From an uncultured Nitrososphaerota archaeon (lineage in GTDB: Archaea > Thermoproteota > Nitrososphaeria > Conexivisphaerales > DTJL01), in assembly GCA_963842885.1 (NCBI GenBank), contig CAWJIE010000004.1, positions 32,001 through 96,000 of the forward strand: a stretch of 64,000 nucleotides of DNA, given 5' to 3'. Position 1 is the stretch's first letter, and every line of letters begins with the position of its first letter. The translations under genes were made by a program, and so were the position numbers. The notes beneath the pieces were generated by a model. It was not told where the DNA came from and ran no database searches. It saw nothing but the letters and a program-made list of their open reading frames with translations. This document shows positions 10,875 through 20,207 of the stretch, piece by piece.

Positions 10875-11735
10875 TCAGAAGTAGGGGCGCATAACCTCTT
10901 CGGCCTCCTCCGGGGTGAGGCCCTGCACATGATCCGCCGGCCATCTCCCGCCGTTGACCTCGGCCATCATCTCCTGGAAGGTCGCCTTCTCCTCCGTCCT
11001 GTAGAAGATGCCAATGGGTATCCCTGCATCGTCGTTGATGGCCTTGAAGGCTTCTCCTGCATTGTCCGGCTTGTATCCCCTGTCCTCCAGCCTGTAGACG
11101 CGCTTCCGCACGTCGTCGAAGATGTTGTGCCACGTGACGCAGGGGCTTATGGCGTCCACAAGGGCGAATCCCCTGTGCCTGATGGCCTCCTGGATCAGAC
11201 GGGAGAGGTGCTTCGGGTCTCCACTGAAGCCCCTGGAGACGAAAGTGGCGCCGGCCCCCAGTAGCGTCGGCAGCGGCTTCAGAGGGTATATGATGCTGCC
11301 GTCGGGGGTTGTCTTGGTCTTCTGGCCCAGCTTGGACGTGGGCGATAGCTGGCCGGTGGTGAGCCCGTAGATCTCGTTGTTCATGACGATGAGCTTGATG
11401 TCGTCGTTGCGCCTGGCGGCGTGCACGACGTGGTTGAAGCCTATGCCGTACTCGTCTCCGTCGCCGGCGGTGGCGATCACCGTGAGCTTGGGGTTGGCGT
11501 CCTTAACGCCCAGGGCCACGGGAACGGGGCGGCCGTGGAGGCCGTGGAACCCGTAGGTCCTTATGTAGCCGGGAAGGTTGGACGAACAGCCGATGCCCGA
11601 AACGATGACAACGTTGTGGGGCTCGATCTTCTGCGCCACGAGGGCGTCCTTGAGCGCAGCCAGGACGCCGAAGTCGCCGCAGCCGGGGCACCAGTCGGCC
11701 TTGACGTCGCTCTCGTAAGCCTTGGGGTTATACAA
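10875..11735 (-). CDS. korB: 2-oxoacid:ferredoxin oxidoreductase beta subunit
   Basis: WCPGCGDF, SGIGCS, GDGD TPP motif, NNEIYGLTTGQ, SPCVT. Confidence 0.93.
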   Translation of the reverse strand: MYNPKAYESDVKADWCPGCGDFGVLAALKDALVAQKIEPHNVVIVSGIGCSSNLPGYIRTYGFHGLHGRPVPVALGVKDANPKLTVIATAGDGDEYGIGFNHVVHAARRNDDIKLIVMNNEIYGLTTGQLSPTSKLGQKTKTTPDGSIIYPLKPLPTLLGAGATFVSRGFSGDPKHLSRLIQEAIRHRGFALVDAISPCVTWHNIFDDVRKRVYRLEDRGYKPDNAGEAFKAINDDAGIPIGIFYRTEEKATFQEMMAEVNGGRWPADHVQGLTPEEAEEVMRPYF

Positions 11736-13539
11736 GGGGCCGCACCTCCTTCGCGACGGCGTGATGGACTGCGTCGACAATCTCCGCAGGGTAGATGGGT
11801 TCGCCGTTGTACTTCAGGAAGTTTCGTGTCATCACGACCCCTGTCTCTTTCTTCAAGAGACCAGCGAACTGGGCGGTATAGTTGCCTTCAATATTGAGGA
11901 GCTCGTTGCAGGATTTCAGCGCCTTCGTGACCTCCGCGACGTTGAGCGGGTAGAGCTGAGTGAACTCGAGCGAGTTCACGCGGAGGCCCTCCCCCGAGAG
12001 GCGCCTAAGGGCCTCTCTGACGGGGTTGGCCGTGCTGCCCCAGCTCACGATGGTCAAGTCCGCGCTATCGGGACCGAAGAGCTCGGGCGGCGTCATCTCC
12101 TTCGAGATCTGGTCTAGCTTCTTCATCCTCTTCTCCTGCATCTCCTCCCTCAGCTTGACAGCGTCCTTCAGCCCCGAGAGCATGTCGCTCAGGTCATGGC
12201 CGAACTCATCATGCTCGTCCGTCTTGGCTACGAACATCATGTCGCGGGTCCCAGGGAAAGCCCTGCGCGAGATGTTGTCAGGCGTGAGTTCGAACCTCCT
12301 GAACCAGACACCGTTCGTGAGAGTCGGGTCTGATGCGGTCACGACCTTCCCCCTGTCCATGAACTGGTTGAAGTCCAGTGGATCTATTGATTGGTATCCT
12401 CCGTCGGCGATGGCGAAGTCCAGCAGTATCAAGACAGGGACTTGGAACCTATCGGCCGTGTTGAACGCCTTACCGGCAGTGTAGAAGGCCTCCTGAGGCG
12501 TCCTCGGGGCGAGGATTACCCTGGGGAAGTCGTCATGAGATATACCCAACATCATATTGAGGTCCCCCTGAGATGTCTTCGTGGGAAGCCCCGTGCTCGG
12601 CCCTGCGCGCATCACGTCCACGATCACCAGAGGAGTCTCGGTCATCGCAGCCTCCCCTATGGCCTCCTGCATGAGCGAGAACCCTCCGCCGCTGGTGGCG
12701 CACATCGCCCTCGCTCCCGCGTAGGAAGCACCGATGGTAGAATTAACAACGGAGATCTCGTCTTCGCCAAGGAAGACGGTTATCCCCAACTTCTTCGCGT
12801 TGGCCGCCATCCAGTGGACGATGGGGCTGGCGGGGGACATGGGGTAGGCCGCGTAATACCTGCACCCTGCCGCCGCCGCGCCCAAGGCGACGGTGAAGTT
12901 GGCATGCATGACTGGCCGCCTCATGTGGTAGTCGTATTCTAGCTTCTTGACGACGCCGTATTTGGCAGCCGCAAGGTCGAAGCCCTCTTTCGCCGCAAGG
13001 ACGTTGCCCTCGGCGACCTCGGTGTTCTTCTTCCCGAATTGGTCAGTGATGGCTTCAGAGAGGACGGTGAAGTCTATGCCCGCGGCAGCGGCCAGCGCTC
13101 CTGCAGCAACGGTGTTTCGCATGATAGGCCTCTTGTCGTACTTCAGGGCGATCTCGCCGAACGGGACCTCCAACGACTTCACCCGTGGCAACAGGTCATG
13201 GGCCTTGACGGCGACGGGGTCGAAGATGACGGCGCCTCCGGTGTTCAGCGTTCCGTGGTGCTCGTCGTAGCAGAGCTGCGTGAGAGGGATGAGGAAGTCG
13301 TCGCCGAACCCCAGCGACGTGACACGCCAGGTCGCGGCGTGAATGTGGAACCAGACCAGCCCTCCCCGGATGACCGACTGGTTGCCGTTGTATGTGGAGA
13401 CGAAAAGGCCGCTCCTGGAGAGGACTTTCATGATCATCTCGCCGCCGCTCTGAATACCGTCGCCCGCGGCGGCTCCCAGTCTGATCGTAAGGTCTGGTCC
13501 CTCTTTCAGATTCTCGTTCATTTCAGAGCTTCGATTCAT
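11728..13539 (-). CDS. korA: 2-oxoacid:ferredoxin oxidoreductase alpha subunit (gamma-alpha fusion)
   Basis: GAAAGDGIQSGG, YPMSP, EDEI, ATSGGGFSLM, RAGPSTGLPT, EGNYTAQ. Confidence 0.93.
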   Translation of the reverse strand: MNRSSEMNENLKEGPDLTIRLGAAAGDGIQSGGEMIMKVLSRSGLFVSTYNGNQSVIRGGLVWFHIHAATWRVTSLGFGDDFLIPLTQLCYDEHHGTLNTGGAVIFDPVAVKAHDLLPRVKSLEVPFGEIALKYDKRPIMRNTVAAGALAAAAGIDFTVLSEAITDQFGKKNTEVAEGNVLAAKEGFDLAAAKYGVVKKLEYDYHMRRPVMHANFTVALGAAAAGCRYYAAYPMSPASPIVHWMAANAKKLGITVFLGEDEISVVNSTIGASYAGARAMCATSGGGFSLMQEAIGEAAMTETPLVIVDVMRAGPSTGLPTKTSQGDLNMMLGISHDDFPRVILAPRTPQEAFYTAGKAFNTADRFQVPVLILLDFAIADGGYQSIDPLDFNQFMDRGKVVTASDPTLTNGVWFRRFELTPDNISRRAFPGTRDMMFVAKTDEHDEFGHDLSDMLSGLKDAVKLREEMQEKRMKKLDQISKEMTPPELFGPDSADLTIVSWGSTANPVREALRRLSGEGLRVNSLEFTQLYPLNVAEVTKALKSCNELLNIEGNYTAQFAGLLKKETGVVMTRNFLKYNGEPIYPAEIVDAVHHAVAKEVRPLV

Positions 13540-13631
13540 CTCACGATTTTATATGCCTTCCCCTTAATCGGAGCAAGTTCGACGACAAAGGATAAAGAAG
13601 CCGGGACGGCTGACTCCTTGAAAGGATCCCG

Positions 13632-14036
13632 ATGAGGGCCAAGTACTTCACGCCGGAAGAAGCAGACGTGATGATCCCCGAGGTGGAGAAGAGGTTAAGG
13701 GGGGTGACCATCGCCACCGAGGCCGTCGCCCATCTGACTGAAGACCTGGAGCAGTCGGTCGGGGAGGACTCGAGCATCCTCGAGTTTATGGAGGTCAAAA
13801 AAAGGCTCAACAAGGCGCTGACGGATATGCACGGGTCCGTCGAATACCTTGAGGATTTGGGTTGCACCATTAAAGACCCGGAGCACGGCCTTGTGGATTT
13901 CCCCGCAAGGCGTTTAGGTGAAGAGGTCTGGCTCTGCTGGCAGGTGGGAGAGACGAAGATCTCTTATTGGCACGGGAAGAGGGAGGGCTTCACGATGAGG
14001 AAGCCCCTGGAAGCTGATGTGTCGGGCCTGGCCTGA
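13632..14036 (+). CDS. DUF2203 family protein
   Basis: FTPEEA start and KD..GLVDFP...LCW..GE..I.YWH...GF..RKP pattern. Confidence 0.8.
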   Translation: MRAKYFTPEEADVMIPEVEKRLRGVTIATEAVAHLTEDLEQSVGEDSSILEFMEVKKRLNKALTDMHGSVEYLEDLGCTIKDPEHGLVDFPARRLGEEVWLCWQVGETKISYWHGKREGFTMRKPLEADVSGLA

Positions 14037-14068
14037 ACCAGCAACGCTAATGAAGGAAGACCCGTTCT

Positions 14069-15187
14069 GTGAGCTCCATGGACTGGTCTACCACATGCCT
14101 AAGCTGCGGCCGCACCTCAGAAGACCCTCTTTCCTGGAGATGTGTATGCGGCGGAGCGCTGGAGACCAGGGTTGAGAGCGACTATCTGCGTCCGGCACGG
14201 TCTGGGACGACGTTCCAGAGATTCGGGCAGCAGTATCCGTATTTCGAAGGCGCCGACATCGTGAGCTTAGGCGAGTCGGAGACCCCGCTGGTGAAGACCG
14301 AGGTAGCTTCGTTCAAGCTGGAATACCTCCTCCCCACCGGCTCCTTCAAGGACAGGGGGTCTTGCGCGCTCATCACCGGCATCCACAAGGAGCTTTCCAA
14401 GAGAGGCATCGGGCGGGTCAAGGAGGACTCCTCCGGCAACGCCGGGGCCAGCGTCGCCGCCTACAGCGCGAGGGCCGGAATTAAGTGCGAAGTGTACGTC
14501 CCTGTGGCAGTGTCGGGGCCGAAGGCCCTCCAGATTCAGATGTACGGCGCGGAGCTGGTGAGGGTCCCCGGCTCTAGGAGTGACGTGGCGAGGGCCGCCC
14601 AAGCGGAGACGAAGCGGGGGGTATACGTCGGCCACATATGGCATCCCTACTTCAGAGATGGCATGAGGACGCTGGCCTACGAGCTCTTCGAACAGATGGA
14701 CGGGCGCCTCCCGGAATTCGTCTTCCTCCCCGTTTCAGCGGGAACCCTCCTCCTGGGCTTCATCTCAGGGCTCCAGCACCTGAAATCAAGTGGGGTGGTG
14801 CGGGAGCTGCCCCGGCTGGTGGCCTGCCAGACCCTCGCGGTCTCGCCCCTTTATTCAAGGCTGAAAGGGAAAACATACCTCCCGCCTCGATTTGTCGAGA
14901 CAATCGCCGATGCTCTGGTGTCCACTTCACCTCCGCTCCTCGACCACATGACCACCAAGCTGAAGGAGGTCGGGGGCGACAGCGAAGTCGTCACCGAGGC
15001 GGAGGTATTGGCGGCTTGGAAGGAGCTGGCGAGGAAGGGGTTCTACACGGAGCCCTCGTCGGCTGTCGCCTTCGCCTGCCTCATGAAGCGGAGGGGTGAA
15101 GGCGCCGCAGGGCCTGACTCCGTCGTCGTGCTGACCGGCTCGGGGCTCAAGAGCAGGGATGATGCCCTTCGGCTGGCCCTTCGGTGA
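14069..15187 (+). CDS. thrC: threonine synthase-like PLP-dependent enzyme
   Basis: N-terminal Cys cluster, PTGSFKDRG, DSSGNAG, EPSSA, LTGSGLK. Confidence 0.8.
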   Translation: MSSMDWSTTCLSCGRTSEDPLSWRCVCGGALETRVESDYLRPARSGTTFQRFGQQYPYFEGADIVSLGESETPLVKTEVASFKLEYLLPTGSFKDRGSCALITGIHKELSKRGIGRVKEDSSGNAGASVAAYSARAGIKCEVYVPVAVSGPKALQIQMYGAELVRVPGSRSDVARAAQAETKRGVYVGHIWHPYFRDGMRTLAYELFEQMDGRLPEFVFLPVSAGTLLLGFISGLQHLKSSGVVRELPRLVACQTLAVSPLYSRLKGKTYLPPRFVETIADALVSTSPPLLDHMTTKLKEVGGDSEVVTEAEVLAAWKELARKGFYTEPSSAVAFACLMKRRGEGAAGPDSVVVLTGSGLKSRDDALRLALR

Positions 15188-15310
15188 ACCCCTGCGAACC
15201 TCCATGCACCTTAAATACGAAACTCCGACGAAGTGGTGGTGAGACCTTCAAGGGCTAGGGCCGCATCTTCGGCCGCCGGCCCCGTGGTCAGTTAGAGATT
15301 GGAGATACAA

Positions 15311-16759
15311 ATGAGCGTTCCAGTAGAGCAGGTGGCTGACAACATCTGGGAGATTCCGAAGAGCTACAGAGACGACATGAGAGTCCCCGCACGAATCTTC
15401 GCCAGCCAGGCGCTGATGGCCAAGATGAAGACGGACAGGACGCTCTTCCAGGCCGCCAACGTGGCGACCCTGCCGGGGATCATCAGGAACGCGTTCGTCA
15501 TGCCTGACGCACACGAAGGGTACGGCTTCCCCATCGGTGGCGTCGCCGCGGTGGACTCCGATGAAGGCGTGATATCCCCGGGGGGTGTAGGATACGACAT
15601 TAACTGTGGCGTCAGGCTGATCAGGACGAATCTCATGGAGGAAGACGTCAGGCCCCTCCTTCCACAACTGCTGGACCTGTTATTCAGGCTGGTGCCCAGC
15701 GGAGTGGGGAGCGAAGGGCAGCTGCGGGTGACGCACAGCGAGCTAGCCAGCGTTACCTCAGGCGGGGTCGAATGGGCAGTGGCCAAGGGCTACGGCTGGG
15801 ACGCCGACGTGAGGCACGCCGAGGAGGGAGGGAAGCTCTCCTGGGCCAAACCGGAGAAGGTGTCCCCCACGGCCCTCAAGAGGGGCGCCGGACAGCTGGG
15901 GACGCTCGGCAGCGGGAACCACTTCATGGAGATTGAGACGACCAACTCCATCTTTGACGAGGAGGCGGCCAAGGCCATGGGCATCGTCAGGAAGGATCAA
16001 ATCCTCGTGTTGATCCATACTGGAAGCCGGGGGTTCGGCCATCAGGTCTGCAGCGACTACCTCCGCGTCATGGAGGTGCTCATGCCGAAGGTGGGCATCC
16101 ACCTCCCCGACAGGGAGCTGGCCGCGGGCCCTGTGAAGGCGAAGGAGACGGAGGACTACCTTGGCGCTATGGCCTCCGCAGCCAACTTCGCCTGGGTGAA
16201 CCGCCAGATGATCACCCACTGGGTGCGCGAGGCCTTCGAGAAGGTCTTCAAGACCGACGCGGAAAAACTGGACATGCATGTGATATACGACGTCGCCCAC
16301 AACATAGTGAAGCTAGAAGAACACGACGTAGAAGGCGTCAGGCGTAAGGTCTACATCCATCGGAAGGGCGCGACGCGAGCCTTCCCTCCGGGGTCGCCCT
16401 ACATCCCCGAAGAATATCGTAACATAGGCCAGCCTGTGCTCATCCCCGGCAGCATGGGGACCGCCTCCTGGGTGCTTAAAGGCACGAAGAAGGGGATGGA
16501 GATGAGCTTCGGGACGGCCGCCCACGGAGCAGGTCGATTCATGAGCAGGGCCGCGGCGAAGAGGGCCTATGGCTACCAAGAGCTGCTGTCGTCGCTCCAG
16601 GGAAGGGGCATCCTCGTCAGGGCCGCCAGCAGGGAGACCGTCACCGAAGAGGCCCCTGGTGCCTACAAGGACGTCGACGACGTCGTGGAGGTGACCCACG
16701 CCGTAGGACTGGCTGAGAAGGTCGTCCGGCTGACCCCCATAGGCGTCGTGAAGGGCTAG
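15311..16759 (+). CDS. rtcB: RtcB tRNA-splicing ligase
   Basis: MPDAHEGYGFPIGG, GYDINCG, GSGNHF, HTGSRG, HRKGAT, PGSMG, HGAGR. Confidence 0.97.
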   Translation: MSVPVEQVADNIWEIPKSYRDDMRVPARIFASQALMAKMKTDRTLFQAANVATLPGIIRNAFVMPDAHEGYGFPIGGVAAVDSDEGVISPGGVGYDINCGVRLIRTNLMEEDVRPLLPQLLDLLFRLVPSGVGSEGQLRVTHSELASVTSGGVEWAVAKGYGWDADVRHAEEGGKLSWAKPEKVSPTALKRGAGQLGTLGSGNHFMEIETTNSIFDEEAAKAMGIVRKDQILVLIHTGSRGFGHQVCSDYLRVMEVLMPKVGIHLPDRELAAGPVKAKETEDYLGAMASAANFAWVNRQMITHWVREAFEKVFKTDAEKLDMHVIYDVAHNIVKLEEHDVEGVRRKVYIHRKGATRAFPPGSPYIPEEYRNIGQPVLIPGSMGTASWVLKGTKKGMEMSFGTAAHGAGRFMSRAAAKRAYGYQELLSSLQGRGILVRAASRETVTEEAPGAYKDVDDVVEVTHAVGLAEKVVRLTPIGVVKG

Positions 16760-16807
16760 GATGCCCGAACCGTTTATTATGGCCGAGAGAGAAGTCGGAA
16801 CCCGACC

Positions 16808-17389
16808 ATGGCTGAAGGCGAAGTGGAGCTCCCCCGGACGGACGCGGGAGCGGAGCAGTTCTCCCGCAAGTTCGAAGGGCGCCTGAGCAGATACAGGGTT
16901 TTCATAGACGACGAAGCCATGGCGGGAGAGCTCTCCCACAAGGGCTACGGCGACAGGGAAGGGAAGTTGCTCACCCTGAGACTCTACGAAGCCCTCCACC
17001 TGATGAGACTGGGGTGGCTTTCTGTTAAGGGGCCCCGGGCCAAGGCCGTTCCGTTCGAGGACATCGTGAGGAAGTCCCTCTCAGAGAACTCCATGGGCTG
17101 GACGAAGTTCCTGGTCTACAGGGACCTGCGGAGCAGGGGCTACGTCGCCCGCGAGGGGTACGGACTGGCCGCCGACCTGCGAATCTATCCCCGGGGAGAG
17201 TACGGCAAGAACCCCGCGAAGTACGTCGTCATCCCCATCAACGAAGGGGGAGACGTGAAGGTGTCCAAGCTGCAGAAGATCATCGACGCGGTCTACAGGA
17301 TGGGCAAGGAGCCCATAATCGCCGTCGTGGAAAGGCGCGGGGAAGCGATTTATTACAGGGCCTCGAAGATGGTGTTCGAAGGCCCTTGA
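16808..17389 (+). CDS. endA: tRNA-splicing endonuclease subunit (probably structural/beta type)
   Basis: LYEALHL, FLVYRDLRSRGY, D.RIY; usual catalytic His not evident. Confidence 0.85.
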   Translation: MAEGEVELPRTDAGAEQFSRKFEGRLSRYRVFIDDEAMAGELSHKGYGDREGKLLTLRLYEALHLMRLGWLSVKGPRAKAVPFEDIVRKSLSENSMGWTKFLVYRDLRSRGYVAREGYGLAADLRIYPRGEYGKNPAKYVVIPINEGGDVKVSKLQKIIDAVYRMGKEPIIAVVERRGEAIYYRASKMVFEGP

Positions 17390-18243
17390 CCGCGTCAGGT
17401 TACCTTTCGCTCACTAGGCCCATCAACTCTCTGATGATAGGCCTCGCCGTCCTGGTCGGGGAGGCCGTCGCGACCTCCACAATCAGGCTGGATGGAGTCA
17501 CGCTGGCAGGCTATCTCACAGGGGTCTTCATAACCGCTTTCTCGATGGTTATCAATGACATGCTCGACTTCCAGGTGGACAAGGCGAACGGAGCCAAGAG
17601 GCCTCTGGTCGTCGGAAGCGTCACCACTTCCGGCGCGAAGGTCCTGGCGGTCGCCCTGCTGGTGGCCGGCCTGGCCTCCTCCGCCTATACGGGGCTGGCC
17701 ACGTTCGCCATCGCGGCGGCCTTCGCAGCGGTGGCCACCCTCTACAACTGGAAGCTGAAGGAGAGGGGCTTCTCGGGGAACCTGGCCGTGGCCCTCTCCA
17801 TGATGATACCGTTCATCTACGGAGGCGTCATGACGGAAGGGTTGAAGTGGAATCCCCTCCTGGACATGATGGCGCTCACGGCCTTCTTGGCCGGTGTTGG
17901 AAGGGAGGTCGTCAAGGGGATAACGGACGTCGAGGGGGACGCCCTGCGGAACGTCAGGAGCATAGCCAGAGAGAGTGGCGGGAGGCTCGCAGGGGGCGTG
18001 GGGGCCGCGTTCTTCCTTGCCGCCGTGGGGAGCAGCCTGGTGCCGCCGCTGGTCCTCAGGACCTCCTTGTTCTACGACGCGGTGATTGGCGCCACCGACA
18101 TCCTCTTCGTGGGCCTGGCGGTCTTCGTCATCATGAGGAACGGGAAGGAGGAGGCCCGCAGGGCCAAGAGGCTCGCCCTCATCGGCATGCTGACGGGGAT
18201 GGTGGGGTTCATACTTCAGGGTCTTCTGGGGGGCGCGATCTGA
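17386..18243 (+). CDS. digeranylgeranylglyceryl phosphate synthase (UbiA family)
   Basis: NDMLDFQVD..N...RPL and REVVKGITDVEGD Asp-rich motifs; multiple TM helices. Confidence 0.88.
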   Translation: MTASGYLSLTRPINSLMIGLAVLVGEAVATSTIRLDGVTLAGYLTGVFITAFSMVINDMLDFQVDKANGAKRPLVVGSVTTSGAKVLAVALLVAGLASSAYTGLATFAIAAAFAAVATLYNWKLKERGFSGNLAVALSMMIPFIYGGVMTEGLKWNPLLDMMALTAFLAGVGREVVKGITDVEGDALRNVRSIARESGGRLAGGVGAAFFLAAVGSSLVPPLVLRTSLFYDAVIGATDILFVGLAVFVIMRNGKEEARRAKRLALIGMLTGMVGFILQGLLGGAI

Positions 18244-18244
18244 T

Positions 18245-19438
18245 TTGATGTGGGTGGAGAAGTACAGGCCGAAGAAGGTGGCCGAGATGGTCGGGAACGA
18301 GGACACCCGCAGCAGGTTCGTCTCCTGGCTGGAGGGATGGGAGCAGGGAGCGAAGCCGGCGCTACTGGTGGGGCCGCCGGGCACCGGCAAGACCACCCTC
18401 GTCCACGCGACGGCCGCCGAATTCGGATACTATGTCATCGAGCTCAACGCCAGCGACCTCCGGACCAAGGAGGCCCTTCAGGGGAGGATCGGCGCTCTGA
18501 GCTCGAGCAGCCTGGTCGACGAGAAACGCCTCCTATTCCTTGACGAAGTGGACGGTCTCTTCGGCAGGGCGGACTTCGGTGGCCTGGAGTTCGTCGTCGA
18601 CTCCATCGGCGGGTTGACGCTCCCGCTGGCCATGGCCGCCAATCTCGAAGACGCGGAGCAGGTGAAGAAGCTCGCCAAGGTCTCCGTGATGATGAGGATG
18701 AGGCACGTCTCAGAGAGGCTCCTCGAGATCTACATCCGTGACATCCTTCGGAGGGAAGGCGCGCGCCTTTCCGAAGAGGCCATAGCGGGGGCCGTCACCG
18801 GCGCAAGAGGAGACGTGAGGGCGGCCATCAACAACGCACAGTCCGCCCACCTGTCAGGGAAGAAGATCGAGCCGTTCAGGAACCAGTTGGTGGGCTTGGC
18901 CGAGGCGGTCGGCATCGCGGCCTCCTCCCCCAACCTCGAGGATGCCGTGAGGGCCCTGCGAGATTGCGACGGCCAGCCCGACGAGAGGCTCAGGGGGGCC
19001 TTCACGACGATCGTGGCCGCGGAGATACCAATCGAAAGGAAGAGGGAGGCGCTAAGGGCCCTGACCGAAGCCAACGTGCTCATGGGGCGCATAATGAGGA
19101 CCCAGAGGTGGAGGCAGCTGAGGTACCTCGACCAACTCCTCGCCGGTGCCCTCCACGGGCTCCACGTCGGCTATGCCACCGAGGACCTCCCCTGGCCCAT
19201 CAAGCTCAGGATCTGGAACGACGGCCGCTACCTGAAGGCCTTCGAGTCATACCTCGCCAGGAAGTATCATGTGTCGAGGGCCGACGCAGCCTCCTTCTAC
19301 CTGCATTCGGCCGTCCTGATATTCGGCAGAGAGCCGGCGCTCCTGAGGAGGGTCTGCCAGGAGGCGGGCCTGGACGAGAAAGCGGCCAACGCCCTGGAGA
19401 GGGAGTACAAGCTCCTGATCAAGGGCCTAGGTGAGTGA
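18245..19438 (+). CDS. rfcL: replication factor C large subunit
   Basis: WVEKYRP, GPPGTGKT, ELNASD, LDEVDG, GDVRAAIN. Confidence 0.9.
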   Translation: MMWVEKYRPKKVAEMVGNEDTRSRFVSWLEGWEQGAKPALLVGPPGTGKTTLVHATAAEFGYYVIELNASDLRTKEALQGRIGALSSSSLVDEKRLLFLDEVDGLFGRADFGGLEFVVDSIGGLTLPLAMAANLEDAEQVKKLAKVSVMMRMRHVSERLLEIYIRDILRREGARLSEEAIAGAVTGARGDVRAAINNAQSAHLSGKKIEPFRNQLVGLAEAVGIAASSPNLEDAVRALRDCDGQPDERLRGAFTTIVAAEIPIERKREALRALTEANVLMGRIMRTQRWRQLRYLDQLLAGALHGLHVGYATEDLPWPIKLRIWNDGRYLKAFESYLARKYHVSRADAASFYLHSAVLIFGREPALLRRVCQEAGLDEKAANALEREYKLLIKGLGE

Positions 19439-20165
19439 GTTGCCCGAGCCCGAGCTGAGGATCGTCTGCGACGAAAGGGAGCGGGCCAGCGGGGTACCTC
19501 AGGAGCTCCTGGAGCTCGGCGTCGTAGTCGACTTCAGCCAGCTGAAGCTGGGCGACTACATACTATCGCCGAGCACGGCAGTCGAACGGAAGAGCGTCCG
19601 CGACTTCGTTTCCTCACTCTACGACGGGAGGCTCTTCAACCAGGTGAACGAGCTGACCAAGAGCTATCCCAACGCGTTCGTCCTGGTGGAGGGGGACCCG
19701 GGCGAAATCTCCATGATCTCCCGAAACCCACGCAGCTACTACGGCGCCATGGCCGCCCTGACGCTGACGTTCAACGTCAAGACCCTGTTCACGCCCTCCG
19801 CGGCCGACACGGCCCTCGCTCTGACAGCTATGGCCTCCCGCCTAATCAGGGGGGAAGGAATCCGGCCGCCGATCATCTATCAGGCACCGCTGAAGAGCGT
19901 CGAGCTTCACAAGGAACAGGTATACATCGTGGCATCTCTCCCAGGCGTCGGGCCCAGCCTGGCCAAGAGGCTCCTCGACCGTTTCGGGACACCGAGGGGC
20001 GTCTTCGCTGCCACCGTGCCGCAGCTGGCCATGGTCCGGGGGGTGGGCCGAGCCAGGGCCGAAAAGATAGCCAAGACGCTCACCTCCCCCTTTAAGGGAA
20101 TATCTGAAGAGAGCCAACCCTCCCTGGACGAGGGAGGGGGCTCGGGGTCCCAGGCCGATTCATAG
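19431..20165 (+). CDS. xpf: short-form XPF/ERCC4 nuclease
   Basis: DERE, GDY, VERKS..DF..S..DGRL..Q; two HhH motifs; C-terminal QPSLD PIP-like. Confidence 0.92.
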   Translation: MSELPEPELRIVCDERERASGVPQELLELGVVVDFSQLKLGDYILSPSTAVERKSVRDFVSSLYDGRLFNQVNELTKSYPNAFVLVEGDPGEISMISRNPRSYYGAMAALTLTFNVKTLFTPSAADTALALTAMASRLIRGEGIRPPIIYQAPLKSVELHKEQVYIVASLPGVGPSLAKRLLDRFGTPRGVFAATVPQLAMVRGVGRARAEKIAKTLTSPFKGISEESQPSLDEGGGSGSQADS

Positions 20166-20207
20166 CGTGACGGGAAGCCAACGGCCCAAGGGTCGCCGCG
20201 CCGGCCA

